DNA of 63,994 nucleotides, filler included, from Reticulomyxa filosa (Eukaryota > Protista > Foraminifera), in the NCBI GenBank assembly GCA_000512085.1. It is 16 parts of 16 records of this genome, joined end to end, with 100 filler letters (N's around TTAATTAATTAA, not from the genome) between each part and the next. Parts side by side here need not be neighbours in the genome. Positions count along the whole stretch, not along the records: positions 1 to 2,299 come from ASPP01011877.1; positions 2,400 to 4,793 come from ASPP01001084.1; positions 4,894 to 5,995 come from ASPP01028874.1; positions 6,096 to 8,931 come from ASPP01015004.1; positions 9,032 to 12,041 come from ASPP01033250.1; positions 12,142 to 14,766 come from ASPP01046578.1; 10 more parts are not named here. One strand, given 5' to 3'. How positions within the stretch are numbered: the stretch's first letter is position 1; each line of letters opens with the position of its first letter. The notes beneath the pieces were generated by a model, which saw only the letters and a program-made list of their open reading frames with translations, was not told the origin of the DNA and ran no database searches. The translations under genes and the position numbers were made by a program. This document shows, one piece after another, positions 1 through 12,559 of the stretch.

Positions 1-14
1 AAAAAAAAAAAGAA

Positions 15-2299
15 TTAGTCAATGTTAGTTCGGACTTGATCCATTGGCATGGACAAATTTCTGGAGTCCATGACTGGAGTAATATCTGGAGTGAGTTCTC
101 TGGAGCTGTTGAATTGAAACATGCCCGGGAATTGGAGCTCGTCCGTTTCCTCGATTTCGAGTTCGGTGCCAGTCAGAATTGCACTTGCGTCGATATTACG
201 GAGGGAGTGCCTCCTCTCTTTCCCCCTCCCTCTTTCCTCCGAAGAGGACTTCAGATCGATTCTGCGCATACTTGGAGAAGCGCCAACGGACGAGTCTTGC
301 GACACTCTCTTTTTCAGAGCAGGAGGAGGGAGAGCCTCCATTTCTTGATGGATGATTGCGTCCAACAGCTCCGACGGCAGCTCTTCATAGTTAGCTTGAT
401 TTATATCCGAATTCATCGCCGTGTCGGACAAGGTATCGACGGTTTGCTGCGAGAGTTTCGGGAACGCCAAGCTTCCGGATTTGGCGTAAGACGCTTGTAT
501 ACTTGCATACACTGCATCGAGTTTTGAAGTGGATGCCTGAGAAATTTGAGGCTCTGAAAAGAGTGACGTATAACCATCTCCTTTTGTTTAGGTACATGTG
601 CAATATATATATATATATATGTATATATTTATATGTGTTGTACTCCATTCTTCACAATTATGCAAAAAAAAAAAATCGAGTGGCTCCAATTTTTTAATGT
701 ACCTTTGTTAGCCAGTTTTTCAGAAAAAAAAGAAGAAGAAGAAGAAGAAGAGGGTATTGGAAGGCTCGCCATTCGATTGATGCCACGCATAGGAGTGGGT
801 GATTTGGATCGAATTAAACTTCGAGACGACGAGACACTGGCAGTGTATTCTCTCAAGCCGGTGGAAGGCATGGCATGCAATCCAATGGTATCACTGCTCC
901 ATTTTTCAGCGCCTTTTTCATCAAAATCGCGATCGATGAGAAGCAAATCGCTCGCGCTCCTCGTTGTTGCCGTTGCCAAGGTGTCAGCATGCTCGCTGTC
1001 AATAGATTTGATGCGACCCAGTTTGGAGTCTCCAAAGTTGCCTTTGGCATTGTGAAGACCGCGGCGACTCCGTTCCTGCCGAGAAACGGAGGCATGTGGC
1101 TCTTTTTCTTTCTCCAACAATGGAGCCAGTCGGGCAATATGAGTCTTTTCGCTCCGAGCATTGTCCAAAGGCAATGCGCGTGTGTTGCTGTCATTGTTAT
1201 AAAGCAGCGAGTGTTTGAGAAAGTGTCCTTCGGATGGATAGAGCATATCTTTGCCCGGATGTTGCACGGCAATTTCAGTTCGTCGTCGAAGCTCGTCAGC
1301 TGCGACGTATGAAAAGTGAGCGAATAGAAAAGCTCATCCGGAGTCAGGACGTACCGACGACGATTACGAGTGCTTAGCATCTGTTTGCGAAGCATCAACA
1401 TCAGATCATGGAGCCCGTCTTTTTTGACAGCAGACTCTGGAGTCGCACGAAGGAGTAATGTCCGCTCTTGGTTGGACAGATACGTCGCAATCGCCGTCGC
1501 AACTGGCTCCAACAATGGTACGCACTTGAGCGGAGGCAAGATGAGTCTCTCGGTCATTGCATACTGGTAACAATGGACAAATGTCTTGTAAAACGTGAGC
1601 ACCGACGAGAGCCACCAACCTGGCTCCAGATTCATGGGTAACGGAGTGTGCTTGTAAATCTTGGCGAGGCGATTGTGCAGGTAGTAATCGGAGCTCAATT
1701 CCCACAGACGATAGCTGGACACTCCAGGATCGGGCTGGAAAATACCGAGGAATAAGTTTATCGCGTCTTGCTTTACGTTATCTTTGAAGTTGTTTTCGTA
1801 ATGACGTAAAAACGAAATGAGCATTTCTTTGGGACGAGATCGCCCATCTCCTCGCTGTTGGTACAACACTGGAGCCATGCTACGTGCTTCTGCGTGATCC
1901 TCTTTCATTTGTCGATGCATTTGAGAGCCTCCATACTGCAATGCCAGACAGTCGCCCATGCGCTCGTACATTTGCAACAGCACTCGAATCATATCTGATT
2001 GTCTGTCCAACCACGGCGTGTCCAGTAATCCCATCGCACACAATTGATATCCCAATGCCACTTTCCCTATTATAAACTGCGCCACATTCGTGCGATCCAA
2101 CGAGTCGATACAATTGCATCGGCATACACCCGTTTGGAACGCGCCCACTTCATAAATTCGATGCTTTTTGCGCTTAGCTTTCAAAAAGCTTTCTCGTGCC
2201 TCTTTCAAAAAACTGTTATCATTCAGCCCTGGCTCCAAATTTTTTTTCAAAACTTTGGAGCCACTCTTTTTCTCAATCACACACTCCTCTTCTTCTTCT
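15..2299 (-). CDS. FIG4: Polyphosphoinositide phosphatase FIG4/Sac3 (SAC domain C-terminal part plus long tail); 5' truncated, one frameshift and an intron
   Basis: ORF 853..2280 has QTGVCRCNCIDSLDRTNVAQF (SAC CX5R(T) catalytic motif), MGDCLALQYGGSQ, HYENNFKDNVKQDAINLFLG and LWELSSDYYLHN, which are FIG4-type blocks. It continues in ORFs 629..1267 and 15..512, with a TA-rich intron around 590-700. Confidence 0.85.
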
Positions 2300-2399
2300 N
2301 NNNNNNNNNNNNNNNNNNNNNNNNNNNNNNNNNNNNNNNNNNNTTAATTAATTAANNNNNNNNNNNNNNNNNNNNNNNNNNNNNNNNNNNNNNNNNNNN
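2300..2399. other. Artificial contig spacer (44 N + TTAATTAATTAA + 44 N). Identical spacers start at 4794, 5996, 8932, 12042, 14767, 17288, 19012, 22427, 24007, 25924, 27029, 29615, 60722 and 61928
   Basis: The same 100-nt cassette occurs 15 times. TTAATTAATTAA places stop codons in all six frames. Confidence 0.98.
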
Positions 2400-2829
2400 A
2401 TTACAAGAATAGTTTTACAAAATGTTAATACAATTATGCCAACTTCTTATGACAAAATAATCGGAATATGTGGATAATACTAGAATGTCAAACGTCCAAT
2501 ACAATCCACTAGAAAATTTCTCTAAAATTTGTCATTGATATTACAAAAATTGTTTCATAATATGCACAAATCACTGAGATCCAAATACATTTTTAGTCGA
2601 AATATCGAATGTCAATTTACAATGACATTAGCTGCGTTTTGGTGGAGTGCTTCAGCTTCACTCAATTCATTTACAATTGATGAAAGATATTTAATGAAAA
2701 TTGATCGCAAAAGTTATGATTGGAGTTGTTCAAATGTATAGTGATGATAGTTAAATGATACATTGGGGGAAAAAAAGAAGTGCATTTGCTAGTTAAAGTC
2801 AATCATCACTCTTTTTTTGTAATACTTTT

Positions 2830-4769
2830 TTAAAAGAGCAAATTTGTAGCCTGCTGTAACAACGCTTGGTCACTTGGCCACGATTCAATGACAGAGCCTA
2901 AGTCCGCGGAAAATTTATTTTGAAATTCTTGCAGAGGCAAGTCACACAAACCAGTGGATGAGGTATTTCCCGAAGGAGTCGAAACCACATTGTTGCCGAG
3001 AACAGGCCAAGTTGCCTGGCTTGATGTGCAGTCAAAGCTGCCATAGTTTCTGATGTCACTCGTCAACACTACAGTATTGTTAAAATAGGCATCATTATGT
3101 CCAAGTAATTGCGCATTGATTGAAAAGCCTTGGCCAATGTAAGCTATATAATTATTGCGTGTATTATATTTACATATCCGTGTACTTTCTCATCCAGGTA
3201 TGAACATTAATTGAATAAATAAACAAGTTAACAAAAACATACCATAAATATTGAATTCATGTTTGTTATCATGTCCACCAAAGTCATTTTTCATTCCATT
3301 TCCAGAGTAGACAAAGAAATTATGATGAGTATAGTAATAACAAGAGCCATCATCGTTATCAATCGCCTCTTGTGAGTTGTAGTTTGCAATGAAAAAGTTG
3401 TAAGAAATTTCATCGTCTGCTTTAGTGACCAATGGGGAACCATTTCTCATTTCCGTTACATAAACTTGTCTGTCCCAGCTGTTGAAGGGCCCTATGTAAG
3501 GATTGACACCACATTATATATTTGTATAACATGTAAAAAAAAGGAAGGAAAGAGATATTATCACACCTATATACATATATATATATGTATATATGCACAT
3601 TTAAAATATATGATATATGTAACCATGATCTCCAGACTCTCGACAAGTGTTGAAGAGTAAGTTCTTGTAAATATGAGAGTTTCCACCAAATCCATCATTA
3701 AAGTTAATTCCGGCTCTTGGCCCATTGTAAAAGATGTTATAAGCGATGAAATTTTGGCAAGACTTGGCTTGGAAATAAAACGAGCTTTGTTTTTCCCAAA
3801 TGCCCAACTCGTGGACGTAATTTTGGGTAATTGTCAAACCGCGAGGTTGATTGTCATTGGTGCCATCCCAGCCCATTGAGGCGTTGTTCGACAATCCTGG
3901 GAAGCTGATTCCATTGGTATCACCTTTGTTTTGAATAATATATAAACAAACAAATAAAAATAACAACAACAAAAAATAAAAAATATATATATGCAAATAT
4001 ATACATACATATATATATATATATATGTATATACACACCCCAAGAAGTAATGGCACTGTCCCCATTCCACACAATTTCATTATTGGTGACGACAGTATAG
4101 CGATTATAGCGATTGATGGAAATGGCATTTCCATCCAATCTAGTCATCAGATTATTGGAAATGGAGACATTGAAAGTGCAATCCAAATAAATGGCGCCCG
4201 TGCGTTGCAAGGCCCAATCTCCACCAGAGGGCATTCCATGGCCGTCCATATACGTGTATTGGGTATCACGAAGCGTGAGTCCCCGGATAATGATATTGCT
4301 GATCGGATATGACAAATTGCCGACCAGCGCGAACATTAGCTTCAAATTTGTGGCTTCGAACTGGTCCGCGGCAGGCGCTCCCGTGTAATTGTTATAATAA
4401 TACAGCGTCTTCGTCGTGGTATTGAAGAACCATTCCGTTTCCGCGTCCAGTTCTTCGAACAGATTTCCACATAAAATTCGTCCCCTTCGTTGTTACCACG
4501 AGCGTCTTGGAACCCTCCTCGGTTGAACGTAAACTGTCCATTTTTACTTTTCACCGGATCGATCGTGAACATCCACGACGCCCAATGGCCCGGGCGCCAG
4601 GCCTGCACTACACCCCCTGTGGGGTTGCTATACGGACTGTTCGGCAAAATCGTCGAGTTGTAGTTCAGTCCGAATGGAATTCGATACGTAAACGCCCCTC
4701 CCCCTTGAGGGTTCGCACTACACCAATATCCTGCCGGAGGAGTAAAATTTGCACATGATCGCCCATTCC
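2830..4769 (-). CDS. Right-handed parallel beta-helix (pectin-lyase-like fold) protein, multi-exon, 5' truncated
   Basis: Exons encode GGFQDARG, GMPSGGDWALQRTGAI, NYVHELGIWEKQSSFYFQAK, YNGPRAGINFNDGFGG, NTCRESGDHG, AIDNDDGSCYY and GMKNDFGGHDN, with recurring Asn-ladder strands. TA-rich GT-AG introns lie near 3155-3240, 3520-3620 and 3925-4040. Confidence 0.7.
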
Positions 4770-4893
4770 TTTTTTGTTTTTTTTTTTTTTTTTNNNNNNN
4801 NNNNNNNNNNNNNNNNNNNNNNNNNNNNNNNNNNNNNTTAATTAATTAANNNNNNNNNNNNNNNNNNNNNNNNNNNNNNNNNNNNNNNNNNNN

Positions 4894-5194
4894 AATGCGG
4901 AGACGATGGCCATTGATTGTACTGTTCCATATCGTTTTTCAATAATCACTTTTTTTCGTCATGATCGTACACATAGGAAAAGCCTCCTTTGTGATCAAAA
5001 TATTCGTTGCTTCCAGATTCTGCACTGGATTGTTTGTACTTGGCTTGGTGTAAAAAAAAACTTGATATATCTACTGTCGGAATTTCAATATATGGAGCAT
5101 ACACTTCAGGAAATTCCAGGCTCACTGGTTGATTATTTACATACCAAGCAAGAGCGCAACCAACAATAAAAATTAACACAAATTGAACATTCAC
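4894..5194 (-). CDS. Secreted hypothetical protein, 3' truncated
   Basis: Signal-peptide-like start MNVQFVLIFIVGCALAW; the gene runs toward the contig end. Confidence 0.45.
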
Positions 5195-5403
5195 AAACTT
5201 GGAGATGTCTTTTGAAACTTATTCCAAAAGCGTTTGGAAAAAAAAAAGCCAGGATCGAAGATTGATGAATGGTAATTTCAAAAAAAGAAAATAGTTTTGC
5301 TTTTTTATAAATTTTAATTGGCAATAATGCGAAGAATTGCCTTCGCAAAAGCCAAAATAAAGCTTTATTGTTTAAACAACAAAAAAAAACCACAAAAAAC
5401 GTT

Positions 5404-5995
5404 TCACACTTTGATCAAAAGAATGTTTAGTTGTTGATTTTCGTGGTCCCTGTTGATATCACAAGCAAAGCCTTCCACGGTCCCTACAACTTGCAAATAT
5501 TTGATATAATCATCCGTGAGAGGTAAACACACGTGCAAGAATTTCAATCCACTGGTGTTAAAATCGGTAAGAACACCAAAGATCTTTTCATCAGCTTCCT
5601 CTTCTAATTTCTTACTTAGAGCAAGACGTTCAGAATAATTATACCAATAATCATAATCATTACTATGATCATCATGTATCTTGTGAATATTTCCTAATTT
5701 TAAAATGAAATGACGGACCGTTTTATTTCGTCTTGAGAATAAATGATTTAAAAATTGGGAAACATTGGTCATAACAGGTCTCAATTGCGATTCATCAATA
5801 CTGTGAAAAAGCAATTTAAGTTCTTCAATATCAAATAATTGGTTATATATGATATTGTATTGCGCTTCAATCAATGTTCGACATACGTCAATATTATCGG
5901 GGAAGGATAAATATAATGACTTCAATGAAAATCGCCTTTGACATCTTCGTTGCATCGCAGTGCTCCAATAATATTCTTTCTCAATCTCTTTTTCT
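5404..5995 (-). CDS. Hypothetical protein, 5' truncated
   Basis: 183-aa ORF open toward the contig edge with normal amino-acid composition; no motif recognised. Confidence 0.5.
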
Positions 5996-6729
5996 NNNNN
6001 NNNNNNNNNNNNNNNNNNNNNNNNNNNNNNNNNNNNNNNTTAATTAATTAANNNNNNNNNNNNNNNNNNNNNNNNNNNNNNNNNNNNNNNNNNNNGGGTG
6101 TTCCACGATGATCAGTATTCAATTGCCAAAAACGTTTTTCATAGCCAGACAGCCTTTTTTTCACAAGTAACAGAATTAAAAAGAAAAAATTTTGAAAAGT
6201 GTACCTTTTCTCTTTGGAAAAGAACTTATTGGTTAGAAGATGGTGGCCTTCCTTGGCATGCTTGAATTTTTCAATGAAATTTTATGTGTTCTAACATTTA
6301 GTATTTTTCAGACTATTGTCATTAACTCTAAAGTTTCAAAACTTCATCTTTTTTGAAAATACCAACTGATTGGTTGCTCATAAAATAAATAGAGAAAAGC
6401 AGAATAATGATTTTACAAATAATCTTTTTACCAAAAAAATGCATCAATAGCACTCCATATTTATTGAGTCCTTTCGAATTCAATTCTAGAGTAGCCCACA
6501 AAAGAACTCAAAGTCTATACAAATTGGGGCAAATCGTTAGATACAATTATTTCGAAATAAGCAAAAAACGGAACAACATTATCTTTATAAAAATTGTAAA
6601 ACAAATGTTACAGAAAAATTTTATGCTATTACACGTGTGCTTTTCACCAAAAAGGCGTTTTCTTAACTAAAAAAAAGCACAGTAGGGTTTTTGTCTAAAA
6701 GTAAGACCTACTGCACAAATTCTATCCTT

Positions 6730-8045
6730 ATGCCTTCTGTGTTTGGTCTCATATGGCTGGCCATCTCCATGGGTATAATCCATGTGCTTGCAGGACCAGA
6801 TCATTTAAGTGCCTTGTCAACTTTGGTTGTAGGAAAACAATGGTACGGAGCATTTGGGATAGGAGTAAGATGGGGTTGCGGTCATTCATTTGGTCTCTTG
6901 GTCGTTGCAATAATATTCTTTAGTGTAGGTTCAAAATTTAATTTGGATTCTGTTCAATTTTGGGCCGATCTCCTAGTGGGTATGTTTATGATACTGTTTG
7001 GTGGATATTACACAAGGAGTGCATTTATCGCATATCAACAACGAAATCGGTTGATTGTTGTGAAGGACGAAGCCGAAGCGGATGCACAAGAGGACGCTAT
7101 GACAGCCAGCGAACAAACCCATAACCGAGTGCCATCAGAAAGTGTTGCTATTAACTCGAACGAATTACTTCAATCCCAAAGTCAATTGTCCAATAATGAC
7201 CGTATCAAAAATAGTGACCAGAAATTGCACATAGCCACTGATTCAATTGATTTGACCGAAGATCCAGATATACTTGCCCTTCACGAAGGTTTTTTTTAAT
7301 CTTCATTTGCGTGTCGCATCATTAATATAAACATGCAAAAAAAAAGAAAAAAAAAAAAACAACTCATTTAAGAACAGCTATTTGAACATGTTTGAACAAT
7401 GACAGAGCACAAAGAAATGGAAAACAAAGATGGCACTAAAATTACTGCTCCATTAATAGGCAATACTGAGTTATCGTCGCAAATGAAATCTTTATCTAAT
7501 TCTTCGCTCACAGCTGAACAAAAAGAAAGCACTCAAAGTGCATTGTCAGTTTTGTTTTGTTTCTTTTTTTGTTTGTTGAAATTTTATTGTTGCTATTACT
7601 ACAAATAGAATAGGAAAAGAGGCTCTTTCTTTACCATATGAACATGACGGAATAGGGGATGATACCTTTGGAAGTAGAGTCGGCAAGTACTTTATCAATC
7701 AGTAACAAGACCAAATGCTACACTAAGATTGTCGCATTTGGTGCTGGAATTGTGGCCGGAGTCGCTGGTCCAGGAGGGGTATTAGGTGTCATGGTCAGTG
7801 TTCGATTGAACCACTGGATTTTTAGTAGTGTCTATTTGGGTTTATTTTTTATTTCAAGTACTCTGGCGATGGGCGGTTATGGAATCGTGTACGCCTTTCT
7901 CACTCGATATCTGTGGAAAAAATCGAATGATCAGGATTCATGTAATTTGGGACTGAAATCCTTCTCTGCGGCACTTTCTATTATTGTTGGAATTTCATGG
8001 CTCACTTTGACACTGACACATTCCATGAATTCTGTGTTTCCGTGA
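6730..8045 (+). CDS. UreH/NiCoT-like (nickel/cobalt transporter family) membrane protein, about 3 exons
   Basis: HVLAGPDHLSAL (HxxxxDH metal motif), RWGCGHSFG, three N-terminal TM helices, a hydrophilic loop, then GIVAGVAGPGGVLGV and three further TM helices. Introns near 7290-7371 and 7548-7613. Confidence 0.75.
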
Positions 8046-8471
8046 CAGTACTATCCCCTTTATATTTCCATGTGTAAACTTTTTCCCTCTTCTTCCAATT
8101 ATGTTATCAGTCCATTTTAATGAAATTGTTCACCAATTTTTCAAAAACACGAGCACATCCAATGTAAATAATACCTTTTCTTCATTATCAATTTGTGCTC
8201 AAAGTTCACATCAAGGGCCAACTAAAAAAAACATTATTATTCTATACGAAGCAGCCCAACGTAAAAATTCTTTGCAATGAAATCATCTCGCTTCTTATGC
8301 AATAAAACTTTGTTAAAGAGGAGGCACTTCTTATCTTCCAGAGCGTTTTACCTGCGAACACTTTCTGCACACGCTCGTTTTTTTTCGAATCAATCTAATG
8401 CAACTCACGCTGTTGTACGTTAATTACACGTATGTGTCAAATTTCACTGTAATCAATATGTATTATCTTAC

Positions 8472-8931
8472 TTGAATCGCACTTACACAACTTTACCATT
8501 GTTTTTTCTTTGGACCTTTATTATTGACCAAGCACAGACAGTAACACCAACGAAAGAAACGTCTGTGGCAAAGTCTAAAGTATCTTCACTTGCCAATCTG
8601 GAAAAATTTGATGTGGTTCGACTGCAAGACTACAAAGTCCCACCTTTCCTAGTCGAATCCATTAATTTGGATTTTGACATTAACAAAGATTACACCATCG
8701 TACGAAATGAAATGATTGTTTTTCCAAATAATTGTTTCGTCATTTTTTTGTAACATTTCAAAACAGTATACGTCACCACATAGCAGACATTTCCCAAACT
8801 TTTTTCATCTTTACACAAAAGGTGATGGAGACAAGGGAATTCTCCGTTTGGATGGTGATAAAAATTTGAAATTGGAACGACTGACTATTAATGGAAAAGA
8901 ATGCCAGTTTAACCATTTCTTTTTTTTTTTT
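8472..8931 (+). CDS. pepN: Aminopeptidase N (M1 family, PepN-type), N-terminal fragment
   Basis: VRLQDYKVPPFLVESINLDFDINKDYTIVRNEMIV followed, after an intron, by LRLDGDKNLKLERLTING; this matches the PepN N-terminus. Truncated by the spacer. Confidence 0.75.
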
Positions 8932-9031
8932 NNNNNNNNNNNNNNNNNNNNNNNNNNNNNNNNNNNNNNNNNNNNTTAATTAATTAANNNNNNNNNNNNN
9001 NNNNNNNNNNNNNNNNNNNNNNNNNNNNNNN

Positions 9032-10460
9032 ATATCTTGCTTGCTGTAGTGGAACTTTTCTATCTTTTTTTTTTTACGATACGCTTTTCGATCTAAATGA
9101 CAGAATCTAATTGCCTACTCGTCAAATTGGTTTGTTCTTTCGTGTTTTTTTTTGGGCCTACTTATCGTCATTTGTTGCTGTTGCTTTTGCTTTTACTGTT
9201 GTCGTTATCGTAGTCATAGCTTGCATGGCCATCACGTGGATTTCGATTGCGAGTTGCTCGTCCCAATTAAGGCACTGGTATTCCTATCCGCTTCCCAATT
9301 GTCAATGTTCGCTGTTCGGTACACGTTGCTTCGCTTTTAGTCATTTGTACTTTCTCTTTGGCGATTGTGTTTTCTCATATGTCTATGTTATTATCATTAT
9401 TATTATTAGTTATTATTGTCGCCATTGCCAAGATTATTTCGATTTGGAAAAAAGTTTGTGTGTTGGATTGTTATTCAACGTGTGGAAATTCGAACCTTTT
9501 TGGTGATCGTTTCCTCTTTCTTTCTCATCGAGAAAATGAAGAATACGTATCGACGTTTCTTTGATTGAAAAATATATGATGTTTTTATTTACACCTTCTT
9601 CTTGTTCTTGTTTTTATTAACAATATCGTTTCTCATTGCGTTGTCATTGTTATATCTCAATCGTCTGCGACTTCGGTCTTGTTTTCAATTTTGGTTTTGA
9701 CCTTGATCTTGGTTCCTATTATTGTAATGTTCGCGAGACCTATTTTCGGCATTATAAGGTGGTGGTACATGATCTTTTGCTATGCTTTGACTCGTCTGTG
9801 AATAAACGCCATGAATCTGCGATGCCTGCCGAAGCACTGTCACAACATCAGAAGACTTATCACTTCCAGGTCCACTCACATGTGGAGGGTGTACGTAGCG
9901 CTTCGATGATGCCACTCGATTTCGCCATGTCAAAAGTGGTTGACATCTCCGACATTGTTGCTTCTGCCATCGCTTTGGTACAAAATTGATCAAATATACG
10001 GCAATCCTTCAACACATTGATCTTTTTACTATTTTTCTTCCTTCTTATTCTCATTATCCTCTTGTGATGGCTCAGTCTTTTCTTCCAATAGTAATTGCTT
10101 TCTTCCAATTATTCCATTAAATAATGTTTCCCAACTTGCCTTTGCTTCTGCTCTTGTTTTTGGAAAAAGAAAACGGATGAGTGGCCTTGGTTCTAGTCTC
10201 TGACGTCTTTCTGCTATTGTTGATGTTGCTGTCGCTACTGATAATGCTTATGATGACGATGACGATGATAATTACAGGCTCTTTGTTTTCCTGTTTGTTT
10301 GTGAATTGAGCGTGTTACCTCCGCTGGCGCAGTCGCATCCGAACAACGAGTGTAATCCACTACATCAAAATAGTAGTAGCCACAAACAAGTCGTTCACAA
10401 CCACGACAATTTTCAGATACACTGCCTTTCTCGCTTGATTTGTTCTTCCAAACGTACAAT
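9032..10460 (-). CDS. Low-complexity hypothetical protein (fragmented ORFs)
   Basis: Chain of minus-strand ORFs rich in N, Q, K and H; no domain recognised. Confidence 0.3.
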
Positions 10461-12199
10461 CATGTCCACTTCTATTATACATAAATGTATGTATGTACAT
10501 TTATAATATATGTACATATACGTATATCATACCACTTTGATCGTTGATGTTCATCTTTGTAATACATTTATAAAGTAGCTGGCGATACACGAGGATGGGC
10601 AATACGTATACTGTAAGAATTGATCATTTACAGTTACAAATCAACTCGCTCAAGATTTCATTGGCCAAGTTGTTCAGCGAGCTGATAAAACTAGATTACA
10701 ATCCATTTGTTGCTGCGGACGTTACCATTCGCCACATTGTCAATTGTATTCATATTTATTTTCCACAATGCCCTTATAGATGATGATAACATGTAAATAT
10801 TTATATTGAATTACTTGTAGTAATACAATTTATAGAAGATGCAATCTAATCAACTCAAATGCAAATAGTTCAAATACAATCTGTTGCCAATGATGTATAT
10901 ATTCAATGCTTCAGGCACATCATTCAAATGATCAAGGCTGTTGATAACTTTCATTTGATAAAATATTTCTTTGAATAACATCTTTTATCATATCTTGTTG
11001 TTTGAAATCCATAGTCACAGCTACATGAAGAATATCTATACAATAAACGTGGATGTATTTTTGCTCGGATTTTTTAAATATGTTACAGCTACTTCTGTTC
11101 TGTCGATAGATAAACAAACTGTGTGATTTATATTGCAATATCATAACACACACCATTGTTTCAAATGAAAACATATTTACAAAAATACAGTTGACCTTAA
11201 AATCGATTTTCAAAATACCACTACCGTCGTCGTTTAGTCATCTCTTTGATACGTGATAACGGTTGTGACTAGCAGGACGTCTTTTTTTAATGCGAAATTG
11301 AATTTGACCTTTATTATTTGTCTTTTTTCGAATATTTAGACTAGTGTTACTACAAACAAACAACGTCGAAACATACTTAGCAAACTTGAACGAATGATCA
11401 ATATGACTAACATTTGCAGCTTCGGAATATGCTTATGAATCGAATTTTTCGCCGACCAAGTTTTAACAATTTGCGCAATAGTCTTGAAATTTGTTGACGC
11501 CACACCATTGCCATAGCCACACTTCTTCACTGCGCAGATCTTGAAATCCACTCTTAATTAGCCAGCATGCTTCTTCTTTTCGTCGCTGTTTCATTTCTGT
11601 ATTATTATATATTTGTTTTCTTAAAATAAACAAACAAACAAAAAAAATTATTTAACTTTTTGTTGTCCGCGCGTGCGGGTAACAATGTATTTGGAGGCAT
11701 AGCCTCAACATAAATAAAATAAAATTTTAATTTTAATTTTTTTTTCTCTTTATTCTTTTTTTTTCTTTTTTTCCTTAATAAAAATTTTTATTTTCTTTTT
11801 CTTTCTTAATTTTCTTTATAATCTTTTTTTCTTAATAAAAATATTCCCTTTTTTTTAAATTATTAATCCATTTTTTTTTCCCCCCATTTTCAATTCCCCC
11901 CCTTCCCCCTTCTTTTTTTTTCCAAATTATTTTTAAAATAAATACTGGACCCTGGTATCTATACGCACACATTTAACAAATTATTTTTTAAAGGACAAAA
12001 AAAAAATAAATAAATACCTGGACATTGGAGCTCGAGCTCCANNNNNNNNNNNNNNNNNNNNNNNNNNNNNNNNNNNNNNNNNNNNTTAATTAATTAANNN
12101 NNNNNNNNNNNNNNNNNNNNNNNNNNNNNNNNNNNNNNNNNTTTTTTTTTTTTTTCCTTTTTTTTTTTTTTTTTTTTTTTGTGTTATATATTTTTTGTA

Positions 12200-12538
12200 T
12201 TACGTTTGTTTTTTTTGTTGGTTTTTTGATTGGTTGCTCTTTCTCATGCATACACCCTCTTTGTAATGCATTTCAATACCGCGGTCGTTTTCATTCAGAC
12301 TTCTCTCCCAATCCCATTGCTCTTCATTTTCGGGTGTTATTGTTTGCGGCGCCTTGCCTGCTGTGCTGGCACTTTCTATGATCGGTGTCTCACCAAACGC
12401 TTTCTTGTACTTTTTGGAGTACACATAGAGCCCATAGACGAGTGCTGCTGTTCCTGCCAAGAGAGCAAATCTTTTCCAAGTAGTGTTCTCATCTGTCTGG
12501 TCGCCATCCACTTCTTTTTTATTTTTTTGTTGAGACAT
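12200..12538 (-). CDS. N-terminally membrane-anchored hypothetical protein, first exon
   Basis: ATG at 12538, then a single TM segment (FALLAGTAALVYGLYVY) flanked by basic residues. A GT donor after HYKEG leads into a poly-A intron at the contig end. Confidence 0.55.
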   Translation of the reverse strand: MSQQKNKKEVDGDQTDENTTWKRFALLAGTAALVYGLYVYSKKYKKAFGETPIIESASTAGKAPQTITPENEEQWDWERSLNENDRGIEMHYKEGVCMRKSNQSKNQQKKQT

Positions 12539-12559
12539 TTGTAATATTTTTTTTATACT

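Noticed and set aside
10560-11560. Decayed zinc-finger/TRAF-like or retroelement sequence (also 23100-23750)
   Set aside because: Only vague Cys/His patterns in broken frames; not supportable without a search.
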